Part shown: positions 17,927-26,956 of the stretch, one piece after another
Numbering within the stretch: the stretch's first letter is position 1
Layout of the letters: each line of letters begins with the position of its first letter
From: an uncultured bacterium
GTDB taxonomy: Bacteria > Arandabacterota > Arandabacteria > Arandabacterales > Arandabacteraceae
Assembly: GCA_964356335.1 (NCBI GenBank)
Contig: CAYHHI010000004.1
Span: 36,699-100,698 of the forward strand
Direction: 5' to 3'
Length of the DNA: 64,000 nt
Notes under the pieces: generated by a model
Seen by the model: the letters and a program-made list of their open reading frames with translations, nothing else
Databases searched by the model: none
What the model was told of the DNA's origin: nothing
Translations under genes and position numbers: made by a program

Positions 17927-20071
17927 ATGATGAAACGCAGCCTGTCGCGGTACCTTGGGATAGTCTTCATCGGGGTGGTCATCATTCCGGCGATGATCCT
18001 CGGGCTCCTGGCGATCAGGTCGATCGGCCGCGAAGAGGTCTACATCGAAAGGCAGCTTGAGCGAACCCTTTCGGCGGAGGTAGACCATGTCTCCACCCGC
18101 ATCACTACTGAGGTTGGCAGAGTCCAGAGCGAGCTCGCTGGAACCGCGAGTGTTTCGTTCGGAGAGGATCCCTCCGATTCCTTCGCGCTTTGGAAGAGTC
18201 GATCTTCGTTAGTGGACATCCCCTTTCTCCTGTCGCCCCAATACGAGATTCTCTGGCCAGCACCTGACAGGCGAACAGGGGCGCGTGAATCGGACTTTAT
18301 TGAGAAGCAGCAAGCCTTCCTCCGTGGTGAGGCGGAAGTGCCTGTCTATGAGAATATCGCAGACGCATACAAGGAAGCCATCGTGGGTCAAGCGCCCGGA
18401 GCACCCGAGTCCACTGCCACAACCACGGTTGTAGTACCTGCCGAAGTATCGCTAGCCAGACAGGCCCCAATAGCCGAAAAACAGGCAACGGAGAACGAAG
18501 AGCATCAACTCGCCGTGGCTCCTCCCGACCAATCTCTGATGTCCAAGACGCAGGCGGCCGGCACAGGCCAGCCGAAGATGGAAAAAGAAGGCGTCCAAGA
18601 GCACGCGATGGGTGAGCAATCCATGAGACAGACGGCGATAAGCGAGTTCATGCAGAGCGAGCCCGTTCGCAAGAAGGTCTATGAGGAGGCGGAAAAGGAG
18701 GGGCAGCAGATCTCCTACCGCAATGTTGAACCGGCGGCGGATCGCGCGAGGCAGGAGATCGAGCTCAAGAAACCTGAGCCCAGACTCACCGATCAGGAAG
18801 TCAAGAAGGTGGGGCTGGACACCGCCAAGCGACCCGCCAAATCCGCTACTCGCGGCAGCGAAGACCGCAAGAAACTCGAGCAGGCCGAGAAGCTCAGATC
18901 TATGTTCATCGCTCAACCACTGAGGCTCGGCGAGATCGTTGCCAGGGGGCAGAGCGGAATCATTCCGCTCACAAGCGACAATGAGATCAGGCTACTCTAC
19001 TGGCAGAAGCTCTCTGGCGGCAATATTGTAGGCTGTCTGGTGGCGGCGCGCGAATTCCGCGAGCGGATCATCGGGGCACTGCCCGGCATCTACTCCTCAT
19101 CCAGGATACTCACCGTGCTTGATGAGAAGGGCCAGCCCCTGATAGTCCCCCCGGGCCAGGATGGGCGCGATTGGCGCCGGCCTTTCGTCGCCCAGGAAAT
19201 AAGCGAGGTCCTCCCCGGATGGGAGGTCGCGGCGTATCTCACCGATCCCGGCGTGATTTCATCAAGAGCTCGGACCACCACGGTAGTGATGTGGGTTCTG
19301 GTTTTCATCATGTTCGTGTCTATCGTCGCGGGCGGGGTGCTTGTCCTCCGGTCGGCATCCGCGGAGCTCAAGCTTGCCCAGCAGAAGACAACTTTCGTGG
19401 CCAATGTTTCCCATGAGCTCAAGACGCCCCTGACCTCCATCCGGATGTTTGCGGAAATGCTCAGGGAAGGACGTCAGCCAGATGAGCGGAAGCGCATGCA
19501 GTATCTCGACATCATGAAGGCCGAGACCGAGCGGCTCACGCGCCTCATTAACAACGTCTTGGATTTCTCCCGCGCGGGGCAGGGCAAGAAGCACTACACT
19601 ATGAAGCCATGCAATCTGGTTGCCGTGGCCACAAGCATCGTGGAGAGCCAGCGTGCTAGCCTCGAGAACAATGACTTCACGCTGACCCTTATCGCTCAAG
19701 ACGAGCACGTGTTCATTAACGCTGACGAAGAGGCTATCAAGCAGGCGATGGTCAACCTGCTTTCCAATGCGGAGAAATATTCTGATGCGGTAAAGGAGAT
19801 AGAGGTGAGTGTCAGCCGCGAGAGCACCAGGGCGGTGATAAGCGTCAGTGACCGGGGCATAGGCATCCCGCCGGGTGAGGCTGAGAAGATATTCTCCGAG
19901 TTCTATCGAGTCGACGATGCCCTGACATCACGGGTCAAAGGCACCGGGCTCGGCCTCACAATTGCAAGGCGGATCGCCCGGGATCACAAGGGTGAGATCG
20001 TCTACTCCAGCCGCTATGGCGGTGGCAGCACGTTCAAGATCGTGTTGCCGCTTATCGAGGACACGGCATGA
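17927..20071 (+). CDS. sensor histidine kinase (two TM segments, large periplasmic domain, HisKA+HATPase_c)
   Basis: It has an N-terminal TM and a second TM at about aa 450. The H-box is VSHELKTPLTSIRMF and the G-boxes are GTGLGLTIARRIARDHKGEI. Its stop overlaps the RR start (ATGA). Confidence 0.85.
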   Translation: MMKRSLSRYLGIVFIGVVIIPAMILGLLAIRSIGREEVYIERQLERTLSAEVDHVSTRITTEVGRVQSELAGTASVSFGEDPSDSFALWKSRSSLVDIPFLLSPQYEILWPAPDRRTGARESDFIEKQQAFLRGEAEVPVYENIADAYKEAIVGQAPGAPESTATTTVVVPAEVSLARQAPIAEKQATENEEHQLAVAPPDQSLMSKTQAAGTGQPKMEKEGVQEHAMGEQSMRQTAISEFMQSEPVRKKVYEEAEKEGQQISYRNVEPAADRARQEIELKKPEPRLTDQEVKKVGLDTAKRPAKSATRGSEDRKKLEQAEKLRSMFIAQPLRLGEIVARGQSGIIPLTSDNEIRLLYWQKLSGGNIVGCLVAAREFRERIIGALPGIYSSSRILTVLDEKGQPLIVPPGQDGRDWRRPFVAQEISEVLPGWEVAAYLTDPGVISSRARTTTVVMWVLVFIMFVSIVAGGVLVLRSASAELKLAQQKTTFVANVSHELKTPLTSIRMFAEMLREGRQPDERKRMQYLDIMKAETERLTRLINNVLDFSRAGQGKKHYTMKPCNLVAVATSIVESQRASLENNDFTLTLIAQDEHVFINADEEAIKQAMVNLLSNAEKYSDAVKEIEVSVSRESTRAVISVSDRGIGIPPGEAEKIFSEFYRVDDALTSRVKGTGLGLTIARRIARDHKGEIVYSSRYGGGSTFKIVLPLIEDTA

Positions 20072-20766
20072 AAGAGACTATACTCGTTGTGGAAGATGAT
20101 GCGGCCATCCTGGCAGGCCTGGTGGATCTGCTCGAGGGCGAAGGCTTTGCCGTGCACCGCGCCACCAATGGCAAGAAAGCTCTGGCCCTATATGAGTCGC
20201 ACAAGCCGGACTTGATCTTGCTGGATATCATGATTCCCGAAAAGAGTGGCTACGACGTGTGCAAGGAGATACGCCGCAGGGACCAATCCACACCGATCGT
20301 CATGCTCACCGCCAAAGGCGAGGAGATCGACAAAGTGGTTGGTCTCGAGATAGGCGCCGACGATTACATAGTGAAACCCTTCGGCGTAAATGAATTGCTG
20401 GCACGCGTCAGAGCAGCCTTGCGCCGGGCGAAGCCGGAGAACACCGCCAAGAAGCGGAGTGATCGCCCTATCGCCTTCGGGAAGGTCACAATTGATCCCG
20501 CTACCCTCAAAGGCCGCAAGGGCAAGCAAGAGTTCCCCCTTACCCTGCGGGAAGTCCACCTGATGCAGATCTTTGTGGAGCACGAGGGTGAAGCCTTGGA
20601 TAGGTTCAGGATTCTCGATGAGGTGTGGGGCATCAAATACGAGGGCACAACAAGAACCCTCGATCAACACGTGGCCAAGCTACGGCAGAAAATCGAGGAC
20701 GATCCTTCAGATCCGACGCACATTGTCACTGTCCACGGCGTGGGCTACCGCTTCTCGTCTAAGTAG
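20068..20766 (+). CDS. OmpR/PhoB-family response regulator (REC + winged-helix)
   Basis: It has the REC motifs VVEDDAAI, LILLDIMIP and TAKGEEIDKV. The C-terminal winged helix is trans_reg_C (HVAKLRQKIEDD...TVHGVGYRF). Confidence 0.9.
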   Translation: MKETILVVEDDAAILAGLVDLLEGEGFAVHRATNGKKALALYESHKPDLILLDIMIPEKSGYDVCKEIRRRDQSTPIVMLTAKGEEIDKVVGLEIGADDYIVKPFGVNELLARVRAALRRAKPENTAKKRSDRPIAFGKVTIDPATLKGRKGKQEFPLTLREVHLMQIFVEHEGEALDRFRILDEVWGIKYEGTTRTLDQHVAKLRQKIEDDPSDPTHIVTVHGVGYRFSSK

Positions 20767-20792
20767 CCTTTCCTTGGAAGGCACCCGGAGGA

Positions 20793-20812
20793 CCTATCAT
20801 CAGGATGATAGG
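20793..20812. terminator. 8-bp perfect hairpin between convergent genes (possible bidirectional terminator)
   Basis: CCTATCAT-cagg-ATGATAGG lies between the RR stop (20766) and the M14 stop (20858). No clear U-tract follows. Confidence 0.3.
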
Positions 20813-20857
20813 CTAGCCGGCGCCAGTGCTCACGAGCCCGTATTTCTATGGCAGTGC

Positions 20858-23083
20858 TTATTTGAGGACAACCAGCTTATTTGCCGCGCCTGCCTTGTCG
20901 CAGGAGAATTCAACAAAATAGATGCCCGGTGATGCAGCCTTGCCGTCCTCCCCTTTAAGATCCCAGGAGGTCTCGCCCGATGTAGCAACATCGACGATCC
21001 TCACAAGCCGTCCTCCAACGTCGAAGATTGAGATCTTGCCAGTCTGACGGGCAGGTGATGAGAAGGCAACCTTGCCACCGACATGCACAGGGTTTTCAAA
21101 TCTGAGGCCCACTTCAGGCTGCACGCTCCCCGGAACGCCGGCCCCAGTAGTGGTTACCGACTCCCTTCCACTCCAGTATCCCCACTGGCCATCATCGTCC
21201 CTGGCCTTGACTTCGTAATAGAATGTCCCGATGGGCCGCGTGAGACCATAGTGAGTCTCAGTGATGGTGTTGCTCAAAACTGCCGATGAGTCAAAAACCG
21301 CGACCGGGAAGATGTCATCGATGTAGATGCCTTCCCCGAGAGTCGCACCATCGGTCTTATAGCGGAAGCGTATGGAGACCGTGGAATCAGCATACGCCCC
21401 GAGCGGGAAGATTCCCCTTACCCAACCACCCGACGAGCCCGTGATCCCGTTGCCCAGATTGCTGCCATTGGGATTGTAATTGGTGGTGATATTGCCGGGA
21501 ATAGAGTAATAGTGGGCCCCGCCGTCAGATGAGACTTGGACATACGTATAATCCCAGTCAAGCTCAATATCGTACCAGCACCAGAAGTAGAGTGTATCCC
21601 CTGAGCCGGCATCGACGCCGATCCGTATCGTGAGTCTCGCGTCGCGGTTATTGGTCTTGCCACTATAGAGGCTCTGCGTCGCGCTGTGATACCGCGTCGT
21701 CTTCAGGGAGAAGCCGTCCCTTATCCAATTGACGTCTCCACCCTCCACGTCATCCGTGACTATGGACTCGCCCGTTCGCTCCATTAGAGCATAGGTGACA
21801 GGAGGATTCGAGGGATCAGCATTGGGATCCCATGATACCGTGAATTGGCCGTCGTCATCGTCCGCCAGAGGATCGAGAATGGGCGTCGCCGGCGGCAGAA
21901 TCCGTGCGATATCATCAGCATACTCGGCGAGGAGAAGGCTTGGCTCAAGATTCTGCTGGCACAGCGTGAGTATCTGGGACGTTGGCGGCAGGAATTGGCC
22001 GCCGACTTCTATGGTATAGGAGTACGCCTTGTTCTTCAGAGTCTGTTCGCCATAGAACCAGTCATCGCTATCCCCGTTTGTGACGTAAATTGTAGTGGCC
22101 GCGGGGCCCTGCGTGTAACCGTTGAAAGAAGACATGCTGTCCCCCAGGGCATTGAACAGATCGTTGTCGGCAGTGACTGCCGCGATGTAGCCCCAGGGAT
22201 AGAGAATCAGGTTGCCGTAACTGTGGAAGGAAAGAACCGTCGAGAAGTTCTGGGCGATTCCGAAATCCCTTATGGCTTGAAGCTCCGGCTCAGAGAAGGG
22301 GCCGGTACCCCTGTAGGTTTCGTCTGAGGGAGTCGGGCTTGAGCCCTCATTGTCATAGCCCCACATGTAGCCGTAGTTCCGGTTAAGATCGACACCATAA
22401 GATCCGCCGCCATTGTTGCGGCGGTTCTTTCTCCAGTTACTGTTTACGTTCTGCTGGTACTCGCGCCCGTCGGGATTCACCGTCGGTATGATCCAGATCT
22501 CGCGGTCGTTAACCAGATTGGTTACTCTCGGGTTCGTCCCATAGTTGTCAACGAAGTAATACATGAGGTAGAGAGGGATCTCGACGGTGATGATCTCGCG
22601 CGCGTGGTGGTTGCCCATGTAGAGGACGCGAGGCTCGTTCTCAGTCGTGTTCACATTATCCGATATCTTGATTGCCCAGATATTTCGACCTTCGATGCTT
22701 GTTCCGACCGACTGTACACGACAGATGTTCGGGTGGGCATCGGCGAGACTATCCATCTCAGCGTAGGCCTCTTCATAGCTGTGGTAGGCACTCCCAATGC
22801 CAAAGACACCCATCATTTGCATATGTTTGTCGATATCGGCAATCAGGACTTCGCTGTTAGGCGCAAGTTGGATGAGCTCCTGAAGGCGCTCCGCAGGCAC
22901 GACGATGTCCGCATAACGCCTTCCACCCCAGGAAGCCACGTCATCGAATTGGGAAACGACCTTCTGAAGATGCTCTAAGTTATCAAAGTAAACCCTTATT
23001 AAGACGTCAGTTGCAAAAGTCGAGGAAGCGGAGACAGATAGGGCCAAGAGCGTCAGGCCAACCAGTGCTGTAACCTTGCGCAT
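20858..23083 (-). CDS. secreted M14 zinc carboxypeptidase with C-terminal T9SS-type (Por_Secre_tail/FlgD-Ig-like) sorting domain
   Basis: It has a signal peptide. The M14 motifs are GNHHAREI (HxxE) and SFHSYGNLILYPWGY. The C-terminus is SPGIYFVEFSCDKAGAANKLVVLK. Confidence 0.8.
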   Translation of the reverse strand: MRKVTALVGLTLLALSVSASSTFATDVLIRVYFDNLEHLQKVVSQFDDVASWGGRRYADIVVPAERLQELIQLAPNSEVLIADIDKHMQMMGVFGIGSAYHSYEEAYAEMDSLADAHPNICRVQSVGTSIEGRNIWAIKISDNVNTTENEPRVLYMGNHHAREIITVEIPLYLMYYFVDNYGTNPRVTNLVNDREIWIIPTVNPDGREYQQNVNSNWRKNRRNNGGGSYGVDLNRNYGYMWGYDNEGSSPTPSDETYRGTGPFSEPELQAIRDFGIAQNFSTVLSFHSYGNLILYPWGYIAAVTADNDLFNALGDSMSSFNGYTQGPAATTIYVTNGDSDDWFYGEQTLKNKAYSYTIEVGGQFLPPTSQILTLCQQNLEPSLLLAEYADDIARILPPATPILDPLADDDDGQFTVSWDPNADPSNPPVTYALMERTGESIVTDDVEGGDVNWIRDGFSLKTTRYHSATQSLYSGKTNNRDARLTIRIGVDAGSGDTLYFWCWYDIELDWDYTYVQVSSDGGAHYYSIPGNITTNYNPNGSNLGNGITGSSGGWVRGIFPLGAYADSTVSIRFRYKTDGATLGEGIYIDDIFPVAVFDSSAVLSNTITETHYGLTRPIGTFYYEVKARDDDGQWGYWSGRESVTTTGAGVPGSVQPEVGLRFENPVHVGGKVAFSSPARQTGKISIFDVGGRLVRIVDVATSGETSWDLKGEDGKAASPGIYFVEFSCDKAGAANKLVVLK

Positions 23084-23150
23084 GTACGTTCCTCCTCATG
23101 GTGTAAAGCAACTTCAAGGCCTCAAGCAAATACAGGGCACTTAGTGAATT

Positions 23151-23172
23151 GGGGCAGCGCACGCGCTGCCCC
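23151..23172 (-). terminator. 9-bp GC hairpin downstream of clpB
   Basis: GGGGCAGCG-cacg-CGCTGCCCC lies about 95 nt past the clpB stop. The downstream tail is A/T-rich but not a clean U-run. Confidence 0.25.
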
Positions 23173-23267
23173 ACCTCTGTCTATCATAACGAAGTATACC
23201 ACGAAAGCGCCCTCAAAGTCAATCAAACAGATGTGGTGACGGCGTCTGGAACTGGTGCTGGCGTGTC

Positions 23268-25892
23268 CTACTCTCCACGAAAAGACGATACCCCCTTTTG
23301 CCCTGTCGCCTTCTTGAATTTGAGGTCGTGGGTTTTCGAGTCGAGGTCGACCTCGACGGTGTCGCCTTCGGCGAAGTCACCTTCCAACAGCTTCAAGGCA
23401 AGTGGATTCTGGATCTTCTTCTCTATGGTGCGCCTCAGCGGCCTTGCGCCGTAACTGGGATCGAAGCCATCCTTCGCGACAAACTCCTTTGCCTTGTCGG
23501 TAAGGACGATATCGAGTTTCCTCTCTTTGAGCCGATCCTTAAGCCTGTCGATCTGAAGGTCGACAATCCTCTTGATCTCATCAAGCCCAAGGCTGTTGAA
23601 GATGATGGTCTCATCAATCCTATTGAGGAACTCAGGCCGGAAGTGGCCCTGGAGAGCTTCCGTGATGCGCTTCCTCATCTCTTCGTCGTCGCCCCTCAAG
23701 TCTCTTATCCACTGGCTGCCAATGTTGGACGTCATGATAATCACGCTATTCTTGAAATCGACCGTGCGGCCCTTGCCATCGGTGAGCCGGCCGTCATCGA
23801 GAATCTGCAAAAGCAGATTGAAGACATCCTGGTGTGCCTTCTCGATCTCATCAAAAAGGATCACTGAGTAGGGCTTCCGCCGGATCGCTTCAGTCAAATA
23901 GCCACCTTCCTCGTAGCCGACATAGCCAGGTGGAGCCCCGATCAGCCTTGCGACCGAGTGCCGCTCCATGAACTCCGACATGTCGATCCACACCATCGCC
24001 CGCTCATCATCGAAAAGGAACTGGGCGAGCGCACGCGCCAGCTCGGTTTTCCCCACACCCGTGGGGCCCAGGAAAATGAACGATCCCAGGGGCCTGTTGG
24101 GATCCTGGAGGCCCGCTCTCGCCCGCCTGACGGCGTCAGACACGGCCGCAATCGCCTGATCCTGGCCAACGACCCGCAGCCTCAAGCGTTCTTCCATTTT
24201 GATCAGCTTCTCAACCTCGCCCTCGAGCATCCGCGATATGGGAATGCCCGTCCACTTCGACACGATCTCGGCGATGTCGTCCTCGTCAACTTCCTCCTTG
24301 AGCATCTTGGTGTCTTTCTGAAGCTCCTGGAGGCGCTTACTTTGGCTTTCGACCTCCTTGCTGAGAGTGACTATGCGGCTGTATCGAATCTCGGCAGCCT
24401 TCTCGAGATTGCCGGTGCGCTCGGCGGTCTCTCCCTCCTGCTTGGCCCGATCGATGTCCGCTTTGATCTTCCTGATCTTCTCGATGATATCCTTCTCGCT
24501 CTGCCAGTGTGCCTTCATGCCGCTCGACTTCTCGGTAAGGTCGGCAATCTCCTTCTCCACCTTCGCAAGCCTTTCCTTCGAGGCCTTGTCTTTCTCCTTG
24601 GAGAGCGCCTGCTTCTCGATCGTCAGTTGCATGATCCGCCGCTCGACCTCGTCGATCTCGGTAGGAAGAGAATCTATCTCGATCCTCAGGCTCGATGCAG
24701 CCTCATCAATCAGGTCAATAGCCTTATCCGGCAGGAATCTGTCGGTTATGTAGCGATGGGACAACACAGCAGCCGCGACAAGCGCCGCGTCCTTTATGGC
24801 AACACCATGATGGACTTCGTAGCGCTCCTTGAGACCCCTCAAAATCGCAATCGTGTCCTCGACGCTCGGCTCGCCGACCAGGATCGGCTGAAACCGTCTC
24901 TCGAGTGCCGGATCCTTCTCAATCCTCTTCCTGTATTCATCAATCGTCGTCGCTCCGATGGCACGAAGTTCGCCCCTTGCCAGGGCAGGCTTGAGCATAT
25001 TCGAAGCGTCCACAGCACCCTCGGCACCACCCGCTCCCACCAGGGTATGAAGCTCATCGATGAAGAGGATCACCTTGCCCTCGGCCTCCTCTATCTCCTT
25101 CAGGACCGCCTTGAGACGCTCTTCGAATTCGCCTCTGAACTTCGAACCGGCAACCAGAGCGCCAATGTCGAGTCCCACGACGCGCTTATCCCTCAAGGTC
25201 TCGGGCACGTCACCCTTCATAACTCGCTGCGCAAGCCCCTCGACAATTGCGGTCTTGCCCACTCCGGGCTCGCCGATCAGGACAGGATTGTTCTTGGTCC
25301 TCCTCGAAAGCACCTGCACCACGCGCCTTATCTCGTCATCTCTGCCGATCACGGGGTCCAGTTTGCCCTTTCTCGCCAGATCAGTGAGGTCGCGCCCGAA
25401 TTTTTGGAGAGCCTGGTACTTGTCCTCCGGAGCCTGGTCGGTCACGCGCTGGCTTCCTCGTATCTCCACTAGGGCCTTATACACGCTATCCTTGGTGACG
25501 CCGTTACGCACCAGCACCTGGCTCGTCTTGGAATCTGTATCGATCACACCCACCAGGAGATGCTCGGTGCTCAAGAACTCATCCTTGAGGCGCTCCATTT
25601 CTCTGAAGGCGTTATCGATGGCCTTCTTCAAAGCCTGGGAGAGATATGCTCCTGCCTCGGCTGCCCCGTAAACCTTGGGTAGTCTCGCGATTTCATCGCC
25701 AATCTCGCGCCTTATCGCGTCAGGGTCCGCCCCCACCTTCTTTATAATGGGCAGCACGACCCCCTCCTCCTGCGCAAGAAGTGCTGAGAGGAGATGTTCG
25801 GGAGTTATCTCCTGGTTATTGTTCTCACTTGCGATTCGCTGCGCAGCCGTCATACCTTCCTGCGCCTTTATTGTGAATCTGTCCAGCCTCAT
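23268..25892 (-). CDS. clpB: ATP-dependent chaperone ClpB (Hsp104 family)
   Basis: It has two AAA+ modules ([16 protein letters not shown]) separated by a long coiled-coil M-domain. The N-terminus [11 protein letters not shown] is typical. The start is taken as the ATG at 25892, which is SD-spaced. Confidence 0.95.
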   Translation of the reverse strand: MRLDRFTIKAQEGMTAAQRIASENNNQEITPEHLLSALLAQEEGVVLPIIKKVGADPDAIRREIGDEIARLPKVYGAAEAGAYLSQALKKAIDNAFREMERLKDEFLSTEHLLVGVIDTDSKTSQVLVRNGVTKDSVYKALVEIRGSQRVTDQAPEDKYQALQKFGRDLTDLARKGKLDPVIGRDDEIRRVVQVLSRRTKNNPVLIGEPGVGKTAIVEGLAQRVMKGDVPETLRDKRVVGLDIGALVAGSKFRGEFEERLKAVLKEIEEAEGKVILFIDELHTLVGAGGAEGAVDASNMLKPALARGELRAIGATTIDEYRKRIEKDPALERRFQPILVGEPSVEDTIAILRGLKERYEVHHGVAIKDAALVAAAVLSHRYITDRFLPDKAIDLIDEAASSLRIEIDSLPTEIDEVERRIMQLTIEKQALSKEKDKASKERLAKVEKEIADLTEKSSGMKAHWQSEKDIIEKIRKIKADIDRAKQEGETAERTGNLEKAAEIRYSRIVTLSKEVESQSKRLQELQKDTKMLKEEVDEDDIAEIVSKWTGIPISRMLEGEVEKLIKMEERLRLRVVGQDQAIAAVSDAVRRARAGLQDPNRPLGSFIFLGPTGVGKTELARALAQFLFDDERAMVWIDMSEFMERHSVARLIGAPPGYVGYEEGGYLTEAIRRKPYSVILFDEIEKAHQDVFNLLLQILDDGRLTDGKGRTVDFKNSVIIMTSNIGSQWIRDLRGDDEEMRKRITEALQGHFRPEFLNRIDETIIFNSLGLDEIKRIVDLQIDRLKDRLKERKLDIVLTDKAKEFVAKDGFDPSYGARPLRRTIEKKIQNPLALKLLEGDFAEGDTVEVDLDSKTHDLKFKKATGQKGVSSFRGE

Positions 25893-26046
25893 ACTCATCC
25901 CTCCTCGAAACCCATCAGTCAGACGTCCTGCCCCACTGTCTTAGAATATGGTCTCCCCGTGGTCGTCGCTGCAATTCAATGTCAATTCAGGATCCTGTCA
26001 CCATCGTCTGATCTTATTGTGATTTGGCATTGTGTGACACTTGTTC

Positions 26047-26742
26047 CTATCGTCTTGAGTACCAGGAGCGCGGGCGTGGTCTGAAAAGATAGAATATGGT
26101 GATCCCGCCCAGAAAACCTCCTATGTGCGCCCACCAGGCGACACCGCCGGTCTCACCAGAGGCCACTACTGATGCAGCCCCGCTCAGGAATTGAAGTATG
26201 AACCAGAAACCGAGTACCACCAGAGCGGGCAACTCAATGAACTGGATGAAGAAGAAGATGGGCAGCAGCACCAGGATGCGTGCCCCAGGATACGAGATAA
26301 TATAAGCTCCGAGAACGCCCGCAATTGCTCCGCTTGCGCCCAGTGCCGGCAAACTCGACGCAGGATTGAGGGCATAGTGAGCGGCGTTGCCGATAAGGCC
26401 GCACAACACATAGAAAACAAGGAAGCGAACGTGGCCCAGCCTATCCTCGACGTTATCGCCGAAGATCCAGAGATACCACATGTTGCCGATTAGATGGATC
26501 CATCCTGCATGCATGAACATGGAAGAGAAGAAGGGGAAAAAGACGCGCCGGGGTTCCAACTGGGCCCCCGAAAAATAGGCCGCAACATGGCCAGGAATGA
26601 GGGCGTACCTCGTGACAAAACCTGCAAGCGCCCTCTGCCCCATGGAAACTTCGAAAAGGAAGATGACGGTATTCACCACGATCAGCGAAACCGTCATCAC
26701 GGGGAAACTTCTCGATGGAACGTTATCTCTGATTGGAAGCAT
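26047..26742 (-). CDS. rhomboid-family intramembrane serine protease
   Basis: It has six TM helices. The catalytic GxSG is GASGAIAGVLGAY and the His is in AHIGGFLGG. Confidence 0.8.
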   Translation of the reverse strand: MLPIRDNVPSRSFPVMTVSLIVVNTVIFLFEVSMGQRALAGFVTRYALIPGHVAAYFSGAQLEPRRVFFPFFSSMFMHAGWIHLIGNMWYLWIFGDNVEDRLGHVRFLVFYVLCGLIGNAAHYALNPASSLPALGASGAIAGVLGAYIISYPGARILVLLPIFFFIQFIELPALVVLGFWFILQFLSGAASVVASGETGGVAWWAHIGGFLGGITIFYLFRPRPRSWYSRR

Positions 26743-26956
26743 TCACGCGTCCTTCCAGCGATCTGATGGAATGGTAGAATTGAAGGTTGGCTGTGTCAAC
26801 CACTAGAACGCGGCCTGAAGGTCCGATGGTCTCCCAGTCCGCAGATCCATGACAAAAACGCGAGGTCGTGGGAGGGATCGCAATATAGTGTACTGTCGCC
26901 CTAATCAACCATGACAGGGACTACAGGATCGTCGGAGAGATCACTGTCGCCCTATT

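Noticed and set aside
23958-25472. 504-aa plus-strand ORF inside clpB
   Set aside because: ClpB on the minus strand is unambiguous (two Walker A boxes and the M-domain). The plus ORF is a GC-skew artefact.
25899-26046. Possible heat-shock promoter or CIRCE element upstream of clpB
   Set aside because: A TTGACA hexamer is present. No CIRCE inverted repeat and no clear sigma-32-type CCCCAT -10 was found.
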